DNA from: Dehalococcoidia bacterium
Lineage (GTDB): Bacteria > Chloroflexota > Dehalococcoidia > Lucifugimonadales > UBA2962
Assembly: GCA_963579815.1 (NCBI GenBank)
Contig: CAUZIR010000001.1
Location: 1 to 28,613, forward strand
Length of the DNA: 28,613 nucleotides
Reading direction: 5' to 3'
The notes under the pieces are model-generated. The model made no database searches and had not been told where the DNA came from. It worked only from the letters and a program-made list of their open reading frames with translations. Position numbers and translations under genes: made by a program. Shown piece by piece: positions 9,160-17,880 of the stretch (position 1 is its first letter; every line of letters starts with the position of its first letter).

Positions 9160-11466
9160 ATGACCACCACTTACGACCCGAACCAGGTCCTTTCGACCCA
9201 AGAGTTCAAAGTCGTCGGAACACGGCCCATCCGACCGGACGGTGCCGACAAAGTAACCGGCAGAGCCAAATACGGCGGCGACTACAACGCCACCGGGCTG
9301 CTGTACGCCAAGGTGCTGCGTAGCCCCCACGCTCACGCCAACATCAAGTCCATCGACACGTCAAAAGCCGAGGCACTGCCCGGCGTAATGGCAGTCGTCA
9401 CCGGCGCGGACATGCCCAATACTCGCGAGACCGACCCGGCCGACTTCGGCCTTGGCCCTCAACCGATGAAGTACCTGCGCAACAACGCCATCGCCAGGGG
9501 CAAAGTCCTGTACAGCGGCCACGCCGTTGCCGCTGTCGCAGCAGTCAGCACCCACGTTGCAGAAGAGGCCATCGGCCTCATCGAGGTGGACTACGAAGTG
9601 CTGCCCGCCGTCTTGACCGTCGGCGAATCCATGAAAGACGGCGCGCCGGTACTGCACGCCGACCTGTTCACCACCGAGTTCGGCAACAAGACCGACCGCA
9701 ACACCAACGTTGCCAACCACTTCCAGCACAAAATGGGCGACCCGGAAAAAGGCTTCGCCGATGCCGACGTCGTTGTCGAGCGTGAGTTCGACACCGCCAC
9801 CGTGCACCAGGGCTACATCGAGCCCTTGAACATCACCGCCCTTTGGAACGACGACAACCGGGTGCACGTGTACATGAGCACCCAGGGCCCGTTCCAGTTC
9901 CGAGACGCCATCGCCTTGGCCCTCGACCTGCCCCAGTCGCAGGTTCGGGTCACGCCCATGGAAATTGGCGGCGGCTTCGGGGGCAAGTTCCCCCTGTACC
10001 ACGAATTAGCAGCAGTCCTGCTGTCCAAAAAATCTGGCCAGCCGGTCAAAATCACCATGACCCGTAAAGAGGTCTTCGAGGGTTCCGGCCCGACGCCCGG
10101 CTCGCATATGCGAGTGAAAATTGGCGCCACCAAAGAAGGAAAAATAACCGCCGCCAAGGCCGAATTGGCCTTCGAGGCAGGTGCCTTCCCCGGCTCCCCC
10201 GTAGACGCTGGCGCAATGTGCGTTTTCGCCGCCTATGACATTCCCAACGTCGTCATCGACGGCTTCGACGTCGTCGTCAATAAGCCCAAGACGGCCGCAT
10301 ATCGCGCCCCCGGTGCTACTCACGCAGCAATGGCCGCCGAGACCGTCGTGGACGAAATCTGCGAAAAGCTCGGCATCAACACTCTGGAATTCCGGCTGCA
10401 GAACTGCTCCAAAGAGGGCACACGAAGGGCAGACGGTCCCGTAAACCCCAAAATCGGCGGCATCGAGACCCTCGAAGCGGTCAAGGCCCACGATCACTGG
10501 AACGCACCGTTAACACTCGCCAAAAACGGCGGAAAAGTAGGCAGGGGACTCGCCTTCGGCTACTGGTTCAACGCGGGCCTGCAGTCCGCAGCTACCATCA
10601 GCGTTAACGCCGACGGGACAATCAATCTCCTCGAGGGCAGCCCGGACATCGGAGGTAGCCGCGCCGCCATCGCCATGCAAGCGGCGGAAGTGCTCGGCAT
10701 CTCCATGGAAGAGGTCAACCCGTCGGTGGTCGACACCGACTCCATCGGCTTCTCCTTTGGTACGGGCGGCTCCCGCACGACTTTTGCGACGGGATGGGCG
10801 GCATATGAGGCCGCCAACGACGTCAAGCGACAGCTCGTAGACAGGGCCGCCAAGATCTGGGGCGTAGACCCCGACTCGGTCGAAATGGAAGAGGGCGTCC
10901 TGCGCTCCAAGACCGACACCGAGCTGAACATGAGCTTCAAAGACCTGTCGGCCCAGCTAAACGAGACCGGCGGCCCAATCGTCGGCAGAGGCGCAGTCAA
11001 CCCCCCGGGTGTTGGCGGCGCGTTCGCAGTCACCGTGGCCGACGTAGAAGTGGACCCGGAGACCGGCAAGGTCGACGTACTGCGCTTCACCATCGCCCAG
11101 GACGCGGGCAAGGCCGTACACCCCAGCTACGTCGAGGGACAGTTGCAGGGCGGGGCCGTGCAGGGCATCGGTTGGGGCCTGAACGAGGAGTACTATTACT
11201 CCAAGGACGGTCACCTCGACAACGCCAGCTTCCTAGACTACCGCATGCCCACGGCGCTGGACCTTCCCATGATCGACACCATCGTCGTAGAGGTGGCCAA
11301 CCCCGGTCATCCTTACGGCGTACGAGGCGTCGGTGAAGTCTGCATAGTGCCGCCCCCGGCAGCGCTGGCAAACGCCATTCATGACGCCGTCGGGGTACGC
11401 ATGGAAGTGCTTCCCATGAACCCGGGTGCGGTCATGGACGCCCTTTGGAAGCAAGACGGCAGCTAG
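9160..11466 (+). CDS. Xanthine dehydrogenase family molybdopterin-binding large subunit, copy 2
   Basis: Same motif set as copy 1 (HQGYIEP, STQG, GGGFGGK, AYRAPG, GGSRTT, RGVGE); colinear paralog. Confidence 0.95.
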   Translation: MTTTYDPNQVLSTQEFKVVGTRPIRPDGADKVTGRAKYGGDYNATGLLYAKVLRSPHAHANIKSIDTSKAEALPGVMAVVTGADMPNTRETDPADFGLGPQPMKYLRNNAIARGKVLYSGHAVAAVAAVSTHVAEEAIGLIEVDYEVLPAVLTVGESMKDGAPVLHADLFTTEFGNKTDRNTNVANHFQHKMGDPEKGFADADVVVEREFDTATVHQGYIEPLNITALWNDDNRVHVYMSTQGPFQFRDAIALALDLPQSQVRVTPMEIGGGFGGKFPLYHELAAVLLSKKSGQPVKITMTRKEVFEGSGPTPGSHMRVKIGATKEGKITAAKAELAFEAGAFPGSPVDAGAMCVFAAYDIPNVVIDGFDVVVNKPKTAAYRAPGATHAAMAAETVVDEICEKLGINTLEFRLQNCSKEGTRRADGPVNPKIGGIETLEAVKAHDHWNAPLTLAKNGGKVGRGLAFGYWFNAGLQSAATISVNADGTINLLEGSPDIGGSRAAIAMQAAEVLGISMEEVNPSVVDTDSIGFSFGTGGSRTTFATGWAAYEAANDVKRQLVDRAAKIWGVDPDSVEMEEGVLRSKTDTELNMSFKDLSAQLNETGGPIVGRGAVNPPGVGGAFAVTVADVEVDPETGKVDVLRFTIAQDAGKAVHPSYVEGQLQGGAVQGIGWGLNEEYYYSKDGHLDNASFLDYRMPTALDLPMIDTIVVEVANPGHPYGVRGVGEVCIVPPPAALANAIHDAVGVRMEVLPMNPGAVMDALWKQDGS

Positions 11467-11516
11467 GGAGCTATGGCAGCAAGTCACTGAGCCCTTTGGT
11501 AACGTTCTGATCTGGC

Positions 11517-11550
11517 AGGGAGCCGGGGCATCGCTCCGGCTCTCTCTTTG
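11517..11550 (+). terminator. Possible intrinsic terminator or attenuator after large subunit 2
   Basis: 12-bp stem AGGGAGCCGGGG (11517-11528) / CTCCGGCTCTCT (11534-11545) with G-U pairs and a 5-nt loop, followed by a weak CTTTGT tract. Confidence 0.5.
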
Positions 11551-11580
11551 TAACAAGGTTTTTCTTTCGGGAGCGCACAA

Positions 11581-12510
11581 ATGCCTTCTAGCGACTTTCA
11601 CGGCGTAATAACCCCTCTACTCACCCCCATCACGCCGGACGAAAAGGTGCACGAGCCATCTCTCCGCAGCCTGGTGGACTACCAGATCGACAACGGCGTC
11701 TCCGGCCTGTGGGCCTCCGGCACCACCGCCGAGTTCGCGTCATTTACCGAGTCTGAGCGTATCGCCAGCATCGAAATCGTGGCCGACCAGGCGTCGGGTC
11801 GCGTACCCGTCATCGCCAACATCACCATGCCCAGCACCGCTCTCACAATTGAGCTTGGCCGCAAGGTCGTGGGCCAGGTCGGTGCTGTCGCCGCAACGCC
11901 CCCCTACTACTACCCGCACTCCCAGGAAGAGCTAAAGACCCACTACAGGCTAATTAGCGACGCCCTCGGCACCCCGGTGTGGGTGTACAACATCCCCCAA
12001 ATGCACAAAACGCCCGTAGCACCGGCCACCGTGGCCGATCTGGCCTTAGAAGGTGTCGTCGAAGGCATCAAAGACAGTTCCGGAGAGGGTGAGCTGCTGG
12101 CCGAATTGCACGTCCTGCGAGCCAGTAAAGGGTTCGAACTGGTTTCAACGCTGGGCACCATGCTTCGTGCGACAACTGGCGCGACCATCGGCGCACAAGG
12201 CATCATCCCTGGCCTGGCCAACGCCATCCCGGCCATCCTGTCACGGGCGTGGGAAGCGGGCCGCGTTGGGGACACCGAAACGGCCCGGACGTGCGACGCG
12301 CAGATCATGGCCGGTCTCAAACTGCAAACGCTGGGCCAGAGCGGCAGCAGCGTACCGGGCTCCGTCTACTCCGGTCTCAAAGCAGCCCTGGTGTATATGG
12401 GCGTCATCGAAACCGGCCACGTCACCGCGCCGTTCATGCCCCTAACCGACGAAGAGCGGGCTCAGATCCCCGGCATTCTCAAGGGCCTTGGGCTGGACGC
12501 TGGCAACTAG
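11581..12510 (+). CDS. Dihydrodipicolinate synthase/NanA family class I aldolase
   Basis: GVITPLLTP, SGTTAEF (GxxGE-like), VYNIPQ (Tyr), GIKDSSG (Schiff-base Lys). Too divergent to call dapA. Confidence 0.88.
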   Translation: MPSSDFHGVITPLLTPITPDEKVHEPSLRSLVDYQIDNGVSGLWASGTTAEFASFTESERIASIEIVADQASGRVPVIANITMPSTALTIELGRKVVGQVGAVAATPPYYYPHSQEELKTHYRLISDALGTPVWVYNIPQMHKTPVAPATVADLALEGVVEGIKDSSGEGELLAELHVLRASKGFELVSTLGTMLRATTGATIGAQGIIPGLANAIPAILSRAWEAGRVGDTETARTCDAQIMAGLKLQTLGQSGSSVPGSVYSGLKAALVYMGVIETGHVTAPFMPLTDEERAQIPGILKGLGLDAGN

Positions 12511-12536
12511 TTTCCAACTAGTGAAGACACTCGGGT

Positions 12537-12542
12537 TATAAT
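12537..12542 (+). promoter_or_regulatory. Putative -10 element upstream of the methyltransferase
   Basis: Consensus TATAAT in the intergenic region; no convincing -35. Confidence 0.4.
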
Positions 12543-12627
12543 CGGGGTAAGCCCGCGACCTTGGTTTGGTGTGGATGTGAATTGGCGGCAGTGGCGGGCA
12601 CCCCGGCCGTCGGGCATTAGGAGTCTC

Positions 12628-13446
12628 ATGAGCAACGAAGAATTTAACTTCGCGGCGTTTTCGGCCAACCCCTTCTACCAGAAGCTGACCGACAGGCTCA
12701 TCGAGCTTGCCGAGGTCAAGGACGGCGAGCGCATCGTCGACCTGGCCTGCGGCACAGGCCTGGTTACGCGTCGCATCATCGCCAACCTGAGGGACGCCCG
12801 CGACACCGTCATAATCGGCGTCGACCATTCGGCCACAGCCCTGAAGCAGGCCGTTGCCGACCTGAAAGACGTCCGCGACACGGCCGTCATGTTCGTGCAC
12901 AGCCAGGTAGAGCACGTCTCCGACGCCATCAAGGACAAGGTAGACGTGGTGTTTTTCTGTAACGCCATCCACTACGTCCCGGACAAGGGCGAGTTGCTGG
13001 ACCGCATCGCTGGCACCATCAAGCCTGGCGGCAAGCTGGTGTTCAACACCTCCTTCTACGAAGGACCGGTCGACGAGGCCACCCGCCTCTTTTTCCGCAA
13101 GTGGATGTTCAAGGCGCAGCGCATACTTCGCCGAGAACACGGCCTGTCCATCCAGCGGCTGGAAAAAGTCGAGTCCCGCAAGCAGCTAACAGTCCAGGAC
13201 TACAGGGACCTTCTGGAGAACCACGGCTTCAAAATAGCCAAGGAAAAGGTCGACGCGGTCAAGGTGCCCTTGCAGGGGTGGCTGGACATCTCGGCGTTCT
13301 CCGACTTCATCGAGGGAGCAATGCCCGGCGTGCCGCTCGACAAGGCCTCCCTGGCGCTGAAAAAGGCGGTTCGCGAGACGTTCGAAGAGATGAAGATCTC
13401 CCACACGACCCGCAACTGGCTCGACGTAGTAGCCGTCAAGCTCTAA
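12628..13446 (+). CDS. Class I SAM-dependent methyltransferase
   Basis: IVDLACGTG motif I, IIGVD, FFCNAIHYV; start reassigned to ATG 12628 (MSNEEFNF) because of SD TAGGAG. Confidence 0.88.
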   Translation: MSNEEFNFAAFSANPFYQKLTDRLIELAEVKDGERIVDLACGTGLVTRRIIANLRDARDTVIIGVDHSATALKQAVADLKDVRDTAVMFVHSQVEHVSDAIKDKVDVVFFCNAIHYVPDKGELLDRIAGTIKPGGKLVFNTSFYEGPVDEATRLFFRKWMFKAQRILRREHGLSIQRLEKVESRKQLTVQDYRDLLENHGFKIAKEKVDAVKVPLQGWLDISAFSDFIEGAMPGVPLDKASLALKKAVRETFEEMKISHTTRNWLDVVAVKL

Positions 13447-14501
13447 AGAAGTTGGGGAAGCAGCACTATCTTCCCCGCTTCGCCGCTGGCTAGCAGGTCC
13501 ATCGCCTCGGCGACGCCCTCCAGTGGCATGCGGTGGGTAACCAACGGTGCCAGGTCCACCACGCCCGTCTCCAGTAGCAGCCGGGTCTTGTACCAGGTCT
13601 CGAATATGCGCCTGCCGTTGAGGGCCAGAACCGTCAGGTTCTTAAAAATCATGTCCTCGGCCACGTCAATCAGTACGGGCTTGGACGGAATTCCAAACAG
13701 GTTGACGTAGCCACCCCGGCGCACGCCTTTGAACGCCCCGTCTATCGCTGCCGGGGCCCCGCTCATCTCCAGGACTATGTCCACCCCGTAGCCGTCCGAC
13801 TGGGCCAGCCAGACGGCCGTCTCTTCGCCTGTGCCGAGTTCTGGCTTAAAGACCTCGTCCGCGCCCATCTTGCGCGCAAGGTCGAGGCGGTAGTCGTTCA
13901 CGTCCGAGGCGACAACCCGTGAAGCGCCCGACGCTTTAGCGATGGCGATGGAAAACAGCCCGATGGGGCCGCAACCCAGCACGCCGACACTCTGGCCGGT
14001 CAGGTCGTTGGCCAGGGCCGAGAACACCGCGTTGCCGAACGGCTCCTGCAACGTCGCTATCTCCGGCGGCAGCTTGTCGCGGTCCGTATGCCACAGCACC
14101 TTCTCGGGAATCGCGACGTACTCGGCGAAACAGCCGTCCCGGTCCACGCCGAGAATTTTGGTTTCCGGGCACATATGCGCCTGGCCCGTGCGGCACTGGA
14201 AACACACCCCACAGGTGACGTGGCTCTCGGCGGAAACGAAGTCGCCCACGCCCGCGCTCTCAACGCCGGGGCCGATCTCCACCACCGTCCCGGCCAGTTC
14301 GTGGCCCATGGTGATGGGCGGTTTTAACCTGTTGGCGCTCCACTCGTCCCACAGCCAGATGTGCAGGTCGGTTCCGCAAATGCTGGCCGCCTCCACTTTT
14401 ACCAACACTTCACCGGGCCCTATCGCCGGGACAGGGATCTCCATCAACTCGGCCCCTGGGCCGGGGCCCAGTTTTCGCACCGCGCGCATAGTTCCGTTCA
14501 T
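13443..14501 (-). CDS. tdh: L-threonine 3-dehydrogenase (Zn-dependent MDR family)
   Basis: ASICGTDLHI, GHELAG, VSAESHVTCGVCFQCRTGQAHMC, QEPFGNAV, GCGPIG, LEMSGAP, INGRR-like LNGRRIFETWY. Confidence 0.85.
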   Translation of the reverse strand: MNGTMRAVRKLGPGPGAELMEIPVPAIGPGEVLVKVEAASICGTDLHIWLWDEWSANRLKPPITMGHELAGTVVEIGPGVESAGVGDFVSAESHVTCGVCFQCRTGQAHMCPETKILGVDRDGCFAEYVAIPEKVLWHTDRDKLPPEIATLQEPFGNAVFSALANDLTGQSVGVLGCGPIGLFSIAIAKASGASRVVASDVNDYRLDLARKMGADEVFKPELGTGEETAVWLAQSDGYGVDIVLEMSGAPAAIDGAFKGVRRGGYVNLFGIPSKPVLIDVAEDMIFKNLTVLALNGRRIFETWYKTRLLLETGVVDLAPLVTHRMPLEGVAEAMDLLASGEAGKIVLLPQLL

Positions 14502-14544
14502 CGACAGATACCGTCCGTAGTTAGTTTCATTGGTGTTTTATGGC

Positions 14545-15462
14545 TTAAAAGATTGCCAGAGGGTTCACCGGCGAGCCGGTGCCGCCCTCGAAAACGAGAG
14601 GAGCGCAAACCAGCATGAACTCGTAGCGGCCCGTTGCCTCACATGCGTTTGCCAGGGGTTCCAGCAACGCGTTGTCCACCATGGCCAGGCCGTACGCGTT
14701 TATGGCGCCGTGCACCGTCACCGGCAGGTCGTACTGGTTGGGGGCGGCGTCCTCCATGTCCCAGACAAGCAGGCCCACGTCGTTGTCCTTAAAGAACGGC
14801 AGCGTCGAGCCGTCCAGGCCGGGGTACGGCTCGCCAATCGGCGCATAGTAGCCGCCGTTTGCCTCGGCGTATTGCTCCCGGCCACAGTGAATGATCACCG
14901 CGTCGCCGGGCTCTAGAGTGATGCCTTCAGCGGCCACAATCTCTTCCAGTTCCCAGCCATGCACCGGAGTGTCCATCCTGACGAAATCGCCCCCCCTTTG
15001 CTTGGGCACGTCCAGTAGCACACCCCGGGTCACGATGCCGTCGCGCCACGCCTCGACGCCGCCGAACTTTGCGCCGTCAAAAGTCAGCGCCGTATTCGGA
15101 TCGTGTCCCTCGAACATGCCGTCGGCGTCCCAGAAGTGGCTGAGCGCGTCGATGTGGGTGACGGAGAAGCCATGCTGGAAGACCCCCAGGTAGTCCATGG
15201 CGGCACCGACGTCGTCACTAACCTCAATGGTCTTTACGAACTGCTGCACGGGTTGTGGGTTATCTGGCGCAGGCTCGGTCGGTAGGGCACGGCTGAGCGA
15301 CACGGTCTGTCCCGTTCGCACCAGCCCGGCCGCCTCGCGCCGTTTGGCGGGCGTGATCAGGTTCGTCGTCCCCGCGCTCGGGTTGTCTGGCCAACGACCC
15401 CAGTTGCTGCGGTCCTTCAGGTACCCGGCTATCTCGTCTTTACTCGGCAGGCGTCTGTCCAC
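14545..15462 (-). CDS. Cyclase family (kynurenine formamidase-like) metallohydrolase, copy 1
   Basis: NWGRW...N.ITP, HGFSVTHIDALSH metal motif, TRGVLLDVP, GTGSPVNPLAIF; GTG start at 15462 preferred (SD GGAGAG); TTG 15477 is in frame. Confidence 0.88.
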   Translation of the reverse strand: MDRRLPSKDEIAGYLKDRSNWGRWPDNPSAGTTNLITPAKRREAAGLVRTGQTVSLSRALPTEPAPDNPQPVQQFVKTIEVSDDVGAAMDYLGVFQHGFSVTHIDALSHFWDADGMFEGHDPNTALTFDGAKFGGVEAWRDGIVTRGVLLDVPKQRGGDFVRMDTPVHGWELEEIVAAEGITLEPGDAVIIHCGREQYAEANGGYYAPIGEPYPGLDGSTLPFFKDNDVGLLVWDMEDAAPNQYDLPVTVHGAINAYGLAMVDNALLEPLANACEATGRYEFMLVCAPLVFEGGTGSPVNPLAIF

Positions 15463-15569
15463 TAGCGTGCTCTCCAATTCAACTTTTTACCCCGATGCCT
15501 CCCGGTTCTTACGGAAGAGGAGGGGGCTGGCAACTCACCCTAACAGGCTCGCCTGTGCCCGCTGTGTAA

Positions 15570-16503
15570 CTACAGAATCGCTACCGGGTTGGCGGGCGAG
15601 CCTGTGGCTTCGGTAATGACGAGCGGGTTGAGCGTGAGCATAAACTCGTATCGATCTGCCTCCTCGCATGCCTGAGCGAGGGGCTCCAGCAACGCGTTGT
15701 CCAGCAGCGCCACGCCGAAGTAGAACAGGGCCGCGTGCACGCTCAGCGACAGGCCGTACTCGTTCGGCCACTGGTCCATCATGTCCCAGCCAACCAGAGC
15801 TACATCTGTCTCCTTAATGAACGGCAGGCAGCTAGAGTGCAGCCCGGCCCAGTTACCCGGCCACTCGGGGTGCCCCGCCCAGCGGCCGTCATGGTCCCTG
15901 GCGAAGGCTTCTCTACCCGAGTACACCAGTAGCGCGTCACCAGAGCCTAGAGTCACGCCCTGCGCGGTCGCCGCATCCTCAAGTTCGCGTCCGTGCACAG
16001 GCTCGTCATACGTAACGTATGGCGTGCCCCGCAGTTTGGGGATGTCGAGTAGCACGCCCCTGGTCGTCAAGCCCTGCGCCCACTCCTCGATGCCCCCGTA
16101 GCGCACGCCCTCACCCCGTATCTCCACGTCCGGGTCGGCGCCCGTCCCACATGCCGTCCGGGCTCCACATGTGCCCCAGTCCATCCACATGAGTGTGAGA
16201 AGTCCCGTGGAAGGCGACGCCGATGTAGTCGTGAGCGGAGCGCCAGTCGCCTATGTACTCGTCAACGGTGTAGGTGAAGCGCTGGGCCGGTTGAGAGTTC
16301 TCCGGTTTCGGCTCCGTCGCCCAGGGTCGGGCGAGCGACACCGCTCGTCCGCTTTTCACCAGCGCCGCCGCCTCGCGCCGCTTCTCATCCGTGACTAGGT
16401 TTATCGCCCCGGCCGCTCCCCGGTCACCCCACCTGCCCCAGTTGCTGTTCGCACGCAGGTAGTCGAGCACCTCGTCCGCACTGGAAAATCTCTTCGCGTC
16501 CAA
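15570..16503 (-). pseudogene. Cyclase family metallohydrolase, copy 2, split by a single extra base
   Basis: ORF 16111-16527 gives the N-half (NWGRW, HGTSHTHVDGLGH) and ORF 15570-16190 the C-half (TRGVLLDIP, ATGSPANPVAIL). Removing one base at 16137/16138 restores GMWDGRDPDVEI, colinear with copy 1 GMFEGHDPNTAL. Confidence 0.8.
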
Positions 16504-16644
16504 TAGCGTTCCCCTCTCTCGTGTCACTTTCTTCGGACACTTTTTACAGATATGGCCGAGGCTATTGTGGTGCGGCCGGGCCTGTCAACGGCCCCGCTGC
16601 TAACCGGGAGACTCGTAAAAGCGCGAGTGCGGGTAAAAGTCCTC

Positions 16645-17724
16645 CTAGGCCCAGTCGAAAGAAGAAACCCAGGCCAACCTCGTCAAACGGCTGCCACTGA
16701 GCGGCCCCGAAGTCGCTTCGCCAGAGAACGGGTCCCACGCCGACCCCGTTTGCGAGTCAAAAAAGTTGTCGGCACCTGTGCCGAAGGTAAGTGGCCCGTC
16801 CCGGCCGGGGGGCGTGGCGAGGTAAACATTCACCTCGCGTGTCTCGGAGTCCACGAACACCACCACGGGCCTGTCCCCAACCCGGTCGTTCACCACTCCC
16901 GCCTCGGCCACATCCGGGTATCGGTATGCGCTGGCGTCCGTGCCAGCCGTGACACCGATGACGAAGAAGTCGGTGCCGCCCGTCGACTCGAAAACGCCGA
17001 TACGCGCGCTCCCCTCCACTGCAAGCACCTGTGTCTCGGGATGCCGGGCCACCCAGCTACTGAAAGGTTCAATGCCGACCGGTATCAGGTCGAGCCGTGT
17101 ACCAGCAAGCTCGCCCTGAATGGCCGCCCCCCACGGCTGCGACCAGACGGAGCCCGACTCGTGGTCCCACCAGGTCATTGCTCGCATGAACAGCGCGCCC
17201 TGGTTGCCGAGCGTCAGCACCCTGTCTCCCACCCGCCGGTCATGCACGAGACCGGTATAGCAAATCGGTCACCAGGTGACGAGTATCGGTATGCCCCCAA
17301 CCTCGTCATTGACCATCTCCCTCCATTGCAAGTAGCGAATGGGGTAGGCGCGGGAGTCGCCATTAATGGAAACCCCCATCACTAGGTCGTCTGGCTCAAG
17401 GCCCGACTCGGCGGGTCGCACGAACTGCGGGTCGTAGATCGGCTCAATCGAGTCCCGCCGCAGCAGCTGGCGGAAATCGTCCAGCTGGCGCGGGTCACCC
17501 CCAGACAAGATGCTCTCAAGCAGAGTGGCAGCCCCGGTCACTGGCGGGCCTGTGGACTCGGCGACAGAGTCGTCATGCGGCAAGCCGTCCCCGTGTCCGG
17601 AGGCGCCCGGCATCCCCGACTCGCCCGGCATACTGGGCTCACCGCAGGCCGCAGCCGCCATGAGCACAACCAGGCCGACCGCCAGGGCGACCATCTTGCC
17701 GCCCCCTTTGGGGTTATGAGCCAA
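16645..17724 (-). CDS. DUF3179-family lipoprotein, probable selenoprotein (UxxC), with TAG at a probable Trp codon near the C-terminus
   Basis: ORFs 17269-17724 and 16645-17247 are in the same frame, joined by TGA at 17271-17269: ILVTW-TGA-PICYTG. Family-like motifs DSIEPIYDPQF, SRAYP, WREMVND, WDHESGSVWSQ; lipobox AAAA-C. Start may be ATG 17694. Confidence 0.8.
17236..17271 (-). promoter_or_regulatory. SECIS-like hairpin following the in-frame UGA of the DUF3179 gene
   Basis: mRNA sense: UGA CCGAUUUGC UAUA CCGGUC UCGUGCAU GACCGG; 6-bp upper stem starting 14 nt after UGA, G-containing apical loop. Confidence 0.65.
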
Positions 17725-17871
17725 CGGCCCGGACCTTATCTGGACGAAGTAGGAACTTCATAAAAGATACGTTCATCGCTAACACTGTGGTTAGATGACG
17801 TATGGACCCGGAAGGGTACACGTGGCGTCGGTTTTCCGGCGCCACTGCTCGTCGGGCAATCGGAGCAAGCG

Positions 17872-17880
17872 TGGTATAAT
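17872..17880 (+). promoter_or_regulatory. Extended -10 promoter of rpsF-ssb-rpsR
   Basis: Perfect TGGTATAAT 93 nt upstream of the rpsF start. Confidence 0.65.

Noticed and set aside
6486-11466. Annotation as aerobic CO dehydrogenase (coxMSL)
   Set aside because: The active-site loop is AYRAPG, not AYxCSFR or AYxGAGR.
11581-12510. Calling the aldolase dapA
   Set aside because: Catabolic context and divergent motifs; only family-level support.
16111-16190. Programmed frameshift in cyclase copy 2
   Set aside because: No slippery heptamer or homopolymer run at the junction; mutation or error is simpler.
16552-17385. 277-aa plus-strand ORF
   Set aside because: Antisense shadow of the DUF3179 gene.
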